DNA of 64,000 bases. It comes from Lytechinus pictus (lineage: Eukaryota). Both the position numbers and the translations under genes were made by a program. Under the pieces are notes generated by a model. It searched no databases. It was given only the letters and a program-made list of their open reading frames with translations, and was not told the DNA's origin. Of the stretch, positions 50,601-61,814 are shown piece after piece (the stretch's first letter is position 1; the number at the start of each line of letters is the position of its first letter). The stretch spans positions 31,248,001 through 31,312,000 of the forward strand of contig NC_087246.1 of assembly GCF_037042905.1 (NCBI RefSeq), given 5' to 3'.

Positions 50601-53246
50601 ATTTCCTTGAAGCCATGTCTAAAAAAGAAGATAAATACGATGATATTGATTAGTTTGGGCATCTATGATCTAACAAGAAGAAAATCCCCAGACACCCCAC
50701 TTTACCATAGCCTAGTTCTTCTAATAACCATTTGGTCTAATGGCAATTTGGCCCATTTACCACTTTGTCTAATTTCCAGTTAGGCTATATATTTACTTCT
50801 TCTGATATCCATTGGGTGTAACACAATGAAGGGGTACTCTGGGCTGAAAAAAAATAATCTAAATAAACAGAGTAAAATTCACAGAGCAAAATGATGAAAA
50901 TTTCATCAAAATCCAATAAAAAATAACGAAGTTAATGAATTTCAAAGTTTAGCAATATTTTGTGAAAATAGCTATATGCAAGTCGTCATGAATATACATT
51001 GAGGTAGGCTGATGATGTCACATCCCCACTTTCCTTTTTCTTGTTATTATATGAAATCATAATTACTTAATTTTTTCATACATGTATGAATGATACATCT
51101 CCCTTACAATTAAGTAAGTTGCAGCAAATATGTAATGCATTAAATCAGCTTTCAAACCATTTTTTTTTGGTTCTTGGAGGATATAATTTGAATAAACATA
51201 ATTTCATGAAATGAACTACAAAAGAACAATTGAGGATATGACATCATCAGTATACTCATTGAATATTCATGAAGACATGCATACTGTTTCATCGAAATAA
51301 TGCAATGTTTAAAATGTCTTAACTTTGTTATCATTCCTTGTCCGATTTTGTTCAAATTTTCAGTTTTTGTTTGTCTGATTTTTCTTTATCTGTTCAAATC
51401 ATATCATGTTCAGCCTGAAATACCCTTTAAAGTTTACATGGTGATTAGATAAACTGCTTATAAGCTTACAAAATTTGACAATGTGTAAGCAGAAGGGAAG
51501 ACTTTAGACTAACTAGGTTATAGACTAAATGAGAATTATGCTATTTGACCAAGTGTAGTCTGTTGTGTACCGGTACATGTACATTGTAGACCAAATGGAT
51601 ATAAGATATTGACCCCTGATTAAAATATTAATTTTTTTTTTGCGTGTGCAATAATGGGCTACATGAGAAGTAGTCAGACAAAGTGAACATAAACCATGTT
51701 TGCCTACCTGTGTGATATATCAATCAACAGCTCAATATTTAGTTGTTTTATGGTCAGCTGTGTTTCCATTGATACAAGGTCATTCTTCCAGGTCTCGTTG
51801 GCTAGTTGAAGAGACAACATGGCCGACCCAGTACTTAGGAAAAACCACCCCCTGTCCTCTGTCTGCTGGTCCAGGAGCCATTCCGTAGCCTTCCACTGAG
51901 AGGTCTGGATTCTCTGAGCTAAAGTTGAGTTGGTCTCTGGACCTGGAGTGGGACGCAAACACGATAAAATCATCATCATCTGACATCATCATCCATTATC
52001 ACAATTATTAATCATTATTATTTCATATTATAAATAATCATCATTATTCAAAGAACACTTTCTCAAGTTAGGCCTACTTATAATAAAAGCTCACAAATTT
52101 AAACAATCTCTATTCATGGTATTCCAATACTTACTGAAACAGGTGACATTATAAAAAAAGGTTCAGTAGTTTCATCATGGGATGAACAGAGAGTACTTCT
52201 CCATTTAATTTGGCAAAAAATATGTGATTGTAGGAATAATGTGATTAATTAAGCAGAAATGGAACCACCTGATTGGGACGTCTCAAGTTTGAAAGGGTAT
52301 CTTACCTTCTCCTCCCATAGATCTTCCTTTCTTTGAACATTATTCACTACTGGTACTTTAATTCTTCATTATTGGAACATAAATATTTTACACACTTTAA
52401 TTTGCTTCATCACAATACTTCCAGTCCCTTCATGCACTTGCACGTTTTATGACAGTACTTTATAGATATATAATTATTTTGGCTATTTTCCAGGGCTGTC
52501 ACCTTTTCAAGGTTTGATTTTGTGACGACCCTTGCAACCATCCTATTTATTGTGTAACAGAAAATATAACTTTTGTTGTTTATTCATGTATGACATAACT
52601 GATGTACAAAACTATTGTTCATTATCTTGATGTCAAATTTCAGATATATGTATCTTCTTACAGTCCAGAATTTTGTTATGAAAAATGTTGCAAAAATTAA
52701 TAAATGAAAATGACAAAATGAAAATACTAATGGCATGTTGTCTCAGTGGGGTAGTTAACTATACAAAATCATCACAGAATTAAAAGGACTTTTCAAATTT
52801 TTTACTTATCTATTGTTCTATGGTAGAAAGGAATATGTTAGGTAGTCAATTGTAATATTTGTATATTTCAATAAATTTTGCCTACTTATCAGGATTAATG
52901 TTGTTGTTACTGTCATCATTATTCTATTATCATTATTACTATTACTATTATTATTATCATTATTATCATTATTATTATTTTCATCATTATCATTACCTTT
53001 ATTTTCATGATCATAATCACGATCCTTGTCATTTCTATGAATTTCCTTTTACATCTTTTCAGTCATTTGTTTCACGATTGACCTGCCATTTGATTACCAA
53101 TATTAAAGTCAAGCAGTGTCTTAGTAGTTCTCAAAAATTGTAATAAGCTTACCACAAATACTGGACACGTCAGGGTTTGGTAGAACCGATACAAAGCATG
53201 GTGTGAACAACCCCAAGAACTGCCACAGAAACTTTAACCTGAACAT
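41613..53246 (-). CDS. Transcobalamin / intrinsic factor / haptocorrin-family cobalamin-binding protein, ~455 aa, with signal peptide
   Basis: Exons 53246-53153, 51942-51708, 50618-50344, 49873-49686, 48080-47894, 46248-46056, 43897-43764 (acceptor in N gap) and 41674-41613 total 1368 nt in phase. Motifs SLGKLGYYAMALHATC, YSLAVLALC, VDVTSMAVMAMAC, STALAAQAL and GHFGNQGSTIQVMPLL (alpha domain); FGNYITSIN..LYWSIY..GSEGIFP (beta/DUF4430-like domain). Confidence 0.85.
41690..42570. repeat. GA-rich low-complexity tract
   Basis: ~880 bp strongly A/G-biased on the + strand. Confidence 0.9.
43397..43700. mobile_element. Harbinger-like MITE
   Basis: GGCCCGTATTCTGAAGTCAGGTTT / AAACCTGACTTAAGAATACGGGTC. 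Confidence 0.65.
43898..44070. other. Assembly gap (173 N)
   Basis: Run of N. Confidence 1.
45000..45890 (+). mobile_element. Element with internal ~150-165-bp tandem repeats (Helentron/HINE-like)
   Basis: Four to five AGGTCA-rich units ending TGCAGGTGAGACTGC...TCCACTTGTT; a related end occurs in opposite orientation at ~19216. Confidence 0.55.
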
Positions 53247-54658
53247 TTTCTGAAAAAAAAAAAATATTGAATTTCAAATTACTCTGATTCCATGAAGATA
53301 TAGATCCCAGTGATCATCATTATTTTATGATTTTTATCATGTATTCTACCCTTTTAAGCGCATTCTTCCTGGTCAAAGGTCAATATATATCAATCCTGTA
53401 GTTTATCCTAGTTTATAAAAGCCACAGGTATGATTCTCATCATAACAGTAATCAGTATTTAATTCTGATTTCCATGAGAAGATACAAATACAATTCATAT
53501 AAATAAAGAAACAGAAAAGGAAAGCAAAATTAAATATCAAGTTTACATTAAACAAACACAAAGAAAAGGCCAAAAGAAAACTTGTTGAATCAGACATGCC
53601 CAACTAATTGATGACATGTTAAATTATGGTTAATATGAAATGATAGGCTAGTTGTGGCAATTAAGAGAATCGGACAAATACATGCTAGTGGTAAATTAGA
53701 AGGAATACTATAAGAAAACTGAAAATAATCAATGAATGAAGTAGTCTAATTAAATACAAAAAATATATCACAACAAATTGACACACATTGGTACAGACAA
53801 TATATAACTTCTTCTTACTAAGTTCTACTAAATTAGAGGATTATGTATTATGCACACTGCATCATTGGTGTAAACGTTTGTTCTTTTATGTGCACAGGGA
53901 CCGTGTTCATTGTTAGCTGCCATAGCACCTGAAGCTTCATAGCCCAGAGCAACAAATAGACAAGGTTCTTATAATTAAGAATAGAAATGGTCAAACAAGT
54001 GAATTGCAACAATCAACTCCCTGGTAAAAAAAAAACAACAACAAAGAACAAGCAAAGTTTAAAAAAAAACATGAAAAAGGACACCTCTACTCAATGAAAA
54101 ATGCTATAATACTAATACAGGGCCAATGCCATACTTTTGTCTTGACATGGTCAGTGATAATAGGTAGTCACACTCACAGACACAAAAGTTAACTCTTTCT
54201 TTCATTGGCTTGCTTTCTACTAATACAATAGTTCTTTCTGCAATTCTGTTCAAAATCACATACCGAATTCCTTTCCTCAAAAGCTGCTGTGATGTGAGAG
54301 TCAAGTCCAAATAAGAGTCCAAGAAATTAGCCTCGTCCTCGACAATGTCAATGATGCAAAGCCAAATGTTGTCTTATTCATTCCTGCCTGGCAGCTCAGA
54401 TGTGTGCAAGGCAGCGACCCCACAACGACTCAGTCTCAGGCAGGCCAGTACCGCGACAGAATTGCAGAAGAATAAGCTGAACAGCTGATATTATCGTGAT
54501 CAGAGATCATTTGCATACAATACATGCTCCCTTATCCTTATCCTTATCCTGTAGTGGTATACTGATTAGTTCGGGCCACCTCGCCTCCGGCTACATCCAC
54601 CGCGCGCGGCGTCCGGAGTGTTTGGAAGATGGGGAATTCCCTCGTACTTTCTCTGAAG

Positions 54659-54670
54659 CGTGACGTCACG
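54659..54670. promoter_or_regulatory. Palindromic CRE (CGTGACGTCACG) upstream of the transcobalamin-like gene
   Basis: Perfect TGACGTCA in a CpG-rich patch upstream of a probable non-coding exon (donor near 54263). Confidence 0.4.
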
Positions 54671-57047
54671 GTCTGTCGGGAAAAGGGGGGGGGGGGTGCT
54701 CTTAGTTCGTACGTGTGTGGGATGTGCGGTGCGATTATTTTTTTCCTCTCCATTTTCTGTGTCATATTTCTTTACTTCTTTCAGTGAATTGGAAAAATGA
54801 ATTGATCAATAGAATCGATTTATAAATTTATGAAGTGCCTATAGTATAGGCCTATGTTTTATCGATTTGATTTTGTATTAGCCTTATGAAGTATGATGTA
54901 GGCCTATTACTTATGAAGTTATGAAATCTATGCAGTCAGTTTGTTTGTATTGACTTGAAAAAACAATAAAAAATACTTTAAAGAATAAGTGAAATACTGC
55001 CCCTGCATGAAATTTCAGTAAAGCTTCATCTTGTGCCCTCAGTGAACTCATCGATTGAAAAATCTTTGGTCTAATAATCTACTGTATGTGTGGTTTTTTT
55101 TTTACTATACATTTATGATAATATGCACAGGTTCGTTCAATGTTTAAAATGAAGACGTTTTACAGAAGATTATTGGCGATAGGCAGCCAATGTGATAACA
55201 ATGTTTAATGAAATAATATTATAAGGGACAGAACTTGGTTATTTCCCACCCATTTTCCGCATTGATGTATCAAACTAAACCGAACTTCTTTGAAATGTAC
55301 TTTTCTTTTTTAATCTTAAATACTATCCGTCAAGTGATTTTGGTATATTCATTTTTTACTCACCCAAGCATGAATTAGCTAGGTTATTGAACGAGGAGAC
55401 TTGAGCTTTGTCTCCTGCATTTTTCACTGAATTATCAATATATCTCGCTTACATACTTTTTTGCTGCTGTTTTTTGTGGGAAACTTTGTATGACTACACC
55501 TTCACTGGTAATGCTACATATCAACTAGTCCGAAATAGTGATAATTTCCTGTAATATATTCTAACGTCCATTTTGGTCTAATGTCCGAATTTTATCAAAC
55601 ATCAAATTACTCTGTCAATATTTATTTAGTGTCTTAAAATGTAAGTGGGTATCGGGCGTTTTTCAGCCACAATACATTCATGAGTTTGGCTAATGTACAT
55701 GCAATTTTCAGGTATAGGCCTATGCATGGCTCGTAATTATGATAGGCCTTATTTTCCTATATTATGCCAAAGTACAAATTGAATACTTATTTTCTCTGCT
55801 CAAAATTTGTTGCTTTCTTCCGAATTGCTCTAGACAACAGCACTTGTAATAATCATTCTTTCATTATATATCTACTCCAGCCCCACCCCGGGCAAAAATA
55901 AATAAATGAATAAATAAATAAATGAGGAAAAAATGAACCTAAAAACATGCAGAAAACAGACAAACTCGATAGAGCCAAATGTCATCTGTCATTTTTGGCA
56001 ATTTTTTAGTTTTTTTTACAAGTATATATTTCAATATTAAATAAAAACACAAATGTAGCTTGGCAATATCCCCAAAGTTAAAAACGTGACACTTTCTTAA
56101 TTGTGAAATGTGAATGATATCGTACGAAAAAGAGGAAGCTGTTGTTCTCACAAAAAAATCAAACTGGTTCACCATGCATGTAACGGGCAAGTAAGAAACC
56201 GAAATTTAACTTATCCAACGTGTGTAATGAAGCATTTTTTCTCTATTCCTTAAAAAGCTGTGTGCGCTATGAATGCCTAGCTTAGCCGGGTAATGAGCGC
56301 CTTCAGCACCTAACAAGGTGATGATGTGCGCAATATAAATACCATATATTATTATTATTATTCTTCACTTCTTCATGCATGCTTCTATTTATTTCTTTTT
56401 GTTTTCTTCATCTACTAATGTTGTTGTTATTGATATTTTTCCCTCTCTATAATGAACCGAACGATTTTATTGTTTTTACTTTTTTCCCTCCAATTATCTC
56501 TTCTTTTCTGTCTCCTCTTCTCCTTAACTGATTTCTCCATCTTTCTTTCCCTTTTCCCTCTTTTTTATTGCCGCCGCTAATGGGGGGGGGGGGGGGGGGG
56601 GGGGCTATTTTGCCCTTGGACCCGTCTATGATTCCTTTATATAGCTACTTCTTTTTCTTTTCATCGTGAAATTCTTATTCTGCAGTGTGCCCCCTTTCAT
56701 CAGTCCCGTGATCATGTGCCCAAGTGTCTTGTTTTAATTTTAATTTTTTAATTGTTAATTTTAATAATTAATTAATTTTTCAAATAAAAGTTTCTTTTTT
56801 CTAGTTTGTTCTAAGTTTTTTTCCTTTCTAGAGGGGCAGCGGACCGAGGGGAGGGGCAGGAGGAAACATAGGGGAAAATGAAACAAGGACAGGAATCGTT
56901 ATTTATTCACTCCTTCACTCGGATAAATAGCAATGACATTTTCTTTTGATTGTGGTTTTCTCTTTTTTTTTCTATATTTATTATATAGAGTAGACCGCCA
57001 TCTCGCAATGACATTTAGATAGTGGCTAGGCGCTCACGCTTTGCAAC

Positions 57048-58278
57048 ATGGCGTTAGTTTGTTCAAGTAAGCAAGTATTTCATTCAATTATTTCACCGTC
57101 ATCATGCCAATTCCGTAGATTTTTTCGAGGATTCTTTTGGATTGATTTATTAGATTTGTATGATAATAATGATGTTATACGGTTTGCTTTGAATGGGAAA
57201 TTGTAGGGAATGCGATGTTTCGGATTCTTGTGGCGTAGTTTTGATTTCGGTCCCATCAATGCTTTTCAGCGTATGGTCGTGTTGATGTTTAGGCGCCAAT
57301 GCAGTTTCGCACCGGCCGACTTCGTCTTCGAGATAATTTCCCCACCAGTAATTGTTCGAAAATATCATAGCAGCCAGGTCTCTCAATCACATTTCAACTT
57401 CAAGATCAATACATCCAGCGCTTTTCCGGTTGGGCGCTAGTGTAGTTTCGCACCTCCCCATTTAATGGTTTTCAAACATGTACAAAACTACAATCTCACC
57501 CTAAATTATAAATAATTCACAACCTAAAAATTTGCATCTGAGCCTCCAAAGTCCAGTAGAAGTTGAATATTTGCCGTTTTGACACTTTTTTACAAAGTTT
57601 TACACCTATTTCGGAATCACTCGGTCGCTTGATCAAGCTCAGCGCTGCACATAAGCAGTCGGTACGCGTACAGTACGTACCACCTAGTGAAGTGTGTGTG
57701 TGTATTTGAGTTTTGTCAGACGTGTATCAATCAGATATGATTATTTACGTCTGGGACCGACCTTTAACGTCACCATCCGAAAGACGTGACCAGGGCTCGA
57801 ACCTCTGCATCAAATTGTAACTTCCCCGCATAGCTTGGATTACAGGCGCACGCCACAACTTCTTCTTCTTCTTCTTATGTTTGTTTGAGTGGCGATTAGT
57901 CATATTTGACTATTGTCGCCATTGACATTATTAATAAAAAATCTCACTTCTCACATAATAATATTATTACCAATATGATGTATACATATATAAAATATTT
58001 TTTTTGTATCCTTCTGATATGAAAGAGGATAATTATGATATGTACAAAAGTTTGCAGTAACTCTTGTCAAAATGGCATATAAACAAAACTTCACCAAAAA
58101 CAAACCGCTATCTTCAGCTCAGTTCCAACTAGTTGCGCTTGCCCTGCCCTTTCAAAGATGCAATCATACCGGTCAGCACGGTACATTGTGCCGATTTTTC
58201 GGACATAAATGCCTAGGTCACCCATGCATAGACGAGGGGGCGCTAGTGTACCTGTGCTTACAGATGGGTTAAACATTA

Positions 58279-58310
<32 letters not shown>

Positions 58311-61300
58311 CAACACCAACAACAACAAGGCGAAAACACTTGTGGGCTTTGTTAGTTATATGTGCAGAACATATCATTTTGTATATATTATATCATACAT
58401 TATTATGTATATATATATATATATTCTTCTTTTCACATTAGACTTGTACAAGCATATCCATTCATATTTCTTATAGACAATACAATATTAAAATAGTACA
58501 TCACTCCTTACTAAAACGTTTCGTTCTTGAAACGAAACGTAAAAATGCTTTCTGTATCCCTGGGTCATCTTTTTTTAAATACTCCATTATTTGTCCTGGC
58601 TGTGATTCATTCAATTCTACAAGGAGCATTGATCTTTCAATTATATATTTTGGACAATGTAAAAGATAATGTCTGACAGTTTCTAGCTCAGGACATCTAT
58701 CACAAAACCCTGTTGGATGGATCCCTAATCTTAGTAGATCTTGGTTAAGACCAGCGACTCCAAAACGGAGACGATGGAGTACAGTTTCCTGTCTTCCTAG
58801 ATTACATTTATATGTGGATAGCACTGATGGTTGCAATTCTTTCAGTGCTGAGTTAGTTTTATTCCATCTTTCTTGCCAAATTATCTTACAACTTTTTGAA
58901 ATAAGTTGCATAATTTCTGATAATGTTATTTGATTATGAATTTCTATTTTGTTTGATAAAGCTTTTTTTGCGCAGGAGTCTGCTATTTCATTTCCTTTTA
59001 TTCCACAGTGACCAGGGATCCACTCCAGGTATACCTCTATACCTTTATATTTGAGTCTTGTACTAATAGTTAGAATTTCTGTAATGATAGGATCGTCTTT
59101 CCGATTCTGTAAAGATAAAAGTGCACTTAATGAATCACTGAAAATAACAACACCTGTATATATATCTAAATATTCTATCCATTCCAGTGCGAGAACAATC
59201 GCAATTAATTCAGCCCTATAGGAGGACGTGAAATTCGATAGTCTTTTGCCTTGGTAACAGGAAAAATAAGGTACATAAAAAGCAGCTGAGCAACGCCCAG
59301 TTGTGCAAGAAGAGCGAGTTTTTCTATGGTATCTTCAAAAAGATTTTTTCCCCTCTTTCAGCTTGCACCAAGTATTACGGTAGTGGTTGTGCAGAGTGGT
59401 TGATGTTTGTTGTGTGAAGGTATGTGTGTGGGGTGTGCGTGTGTGTGATTTTTTGAATGAAATGTGAAAAATGTGAATACACGTAGATTTAGCGATGAAA
59501 TAAGAAATAATAATGTAGAGCCTTGTTTTGAACTCTAGGTCAGCTCAGAGAACTTTCCTTCAGTTTACACTCTGCACAACCACTACCGTAATACTTGGTG
59601 CAAGCTGAAAGAGGGGGAAAAAATCTTTTTGAAGATACCATAGAAAAACTCGCTTTGGATTGATGGATTACTGTACAAACTCACTCAATGTGGTATAGGA
59701 GGAAATATGTTACATTTTTTAGAAAATTATCTAACAGAACGTACCTTTCAGGTAAGAGTTACAAATACTGAATCCAGAACATTCCAAGTCCATAGCGGAC
59801 TCCCCCAGGGGAGTGTTCTGAGTCCCCTTTTATATAATGTCATGATGAGAGATATTCCAATTGATCCTGAAGTGACAATATCCATATATGCTGATGATTG
59901 TGCAGTATGGTTTTCTGGAAAAAATGTAGAGAATATTAGATTAAGGATACAAACTTATCTAGATGTATTATGTACCTGGCTTAAAGACTAGGGCTTCAAT
60001 TTTTCTATTGAGAAGACTGTTCCGGTATTTTTCACTAAGCTCACAAACGTTACTCCTCCAACAGTCAAGTTTGAAGGGAGTATACTCACTTATAAAAATA
60101 ATCACCGTTTCCTAGGAATGATATTTGATAGTAAATTGTCTTGGCATCCCCATATAGAGAACGTAGTTTCAAGAAGTAAAAGGAAATTAAATATATTGCG
60201 AAGTTTAACAGGAACTAAATGGGGGAGTTCATCTAAGTCCTTACTTATGGTTTACAGGGCAATTATTAGATCAATTTTTGATTATGGTTGTCAAGCTTAT
60301 GATAGTGCTCCAGTATCTACAAAAAAATTGTTAGACTCGGTGCAATATCAAGCACTCAGAATATGTGCTGGTGGGCTGCCATTAACATCGCTAGTTTCAC
60401 TGCAGGTGGAAATGGGAGAACCCCCTTTAGATTTAAGAAGGCAAATGTTATCAAGCAAGTATAGACAAAATATAGAAAGACATAATAATCACCCATTAAT
60501 AACACGTATCAAACCATGCTGGCAGTTCGATTATCTTAAAGGTAAGAATGTTAGTAAACCGTTTGGTTATAGGCTCCAATCCAAGATAGGAAAAGAAATT
60601 AGTATCGAAAATATTATTTCTCCATCCTTTCCCCCTTGGTTATTTTGTCCACCAGTTGTATCTACTGAATTGAGTTCACAAATCAAGAAATCGGATCATC
60701 CAATACAATTACAACAATTGAGTTTGGAATTGATACATACAAAATGGTCACACCAACTCCATATATACACTGATGGATCCAAAGCCCCTGAAAAGGGGAT
60801 TAGCTCAGCTGCTTTTTATGTACCTTATTTTTCCTTCTACCAAGGCAAAAGACTATCGAATTTCACCTCCTCCTATAGGGCGGAATTAATTGCGATTGTT
60901 CTTGCACTGGAATGGATAGAAGATTTAGATATATATACAGGTGTTGTTATTTTCAGTGATTCATTAAGTGCACTTTTATCTTTACAGAATCGGAAAGACG
61001 ATCCTATTATCACAGAAATTCTAACTATTAGTACAAGACTCAAATATAAAGGTATAGAGATATACCTGGAGTGGATCCCTGGTCACTGTGGAATAAAAGG
61101 AAATGAAATAGCAGACTCCTGCGCAAAAAAAGCTTTATCAAATAAAATAGAAATTCATAATCAAATAACATTATCAGAAATTAAGCAACTTATTTCAAAA
61201 AGTTGTAAGATAATTTGGCAAGAAAGATGGAATAAAACTAACTCAGCACTGAAAGAACTGCAACCATCAGTGCTATCCACATATAAATGTAATCTAGGGA

Positions 61301-61782
61301 GACAGGAAACTGTACTCCATCGTCTCCGTTTTGGAGTCGCTGGTCTTAACCAAGATCTACTAATATTAGGGATCCATCCAACAGGGTTTTGTGATAGATG
61401 TCCTGAGGTAGAAACTGTCAGACATTATCTTTTACATTGTCCAAAATATATAATTGAAAGATCAATGCTCCTTGTAGAATTGAATGAATCACAGCCAGGA
61501 CAAATAATGGAGTATTTAAAAAAAGATGACCCAGGGATACAGAAAGCATTTTTACGTTTCGTTTCAAGAACGAAACGTTTTAGTAAGGAGTGATATGTGC
61601 TATTATTATATTGTATTGTTTATAAGAAATATGAAAGGATATGCTTGTACAAGTCTAATGTGAAAAGAATATATATATATATATACATAATAATGTATGA
61701 TATAATATATACAAAATGATATGTTCTGCACATATAACTAACAAAGCCCACAAGTGTTTTCGCCTTGTTGTTGTTGGTGTTG

Positions 61783-61814
<32 letters not shown>

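Noticed and set aside
52859-53143. Tyr/His-rich ORF
   Set aside because: (TAT/CAT)n microsatellite inside an intron of the opposite-strand gene.
57820-57860. Human Alu contamination
   Set aside because: Similarity is limited to the ~45-nt head; the rest is non-Alu and the element is embedded in host repeats with target duplications.
59707-61593. Retron/DGR-type or domesticated RT gene
   Set aside because: Motifs, 5' truncation, nonsense codon, 3' hairpin and microsatellite tail are those of an ordinary non-LTR retrotransposon copy.
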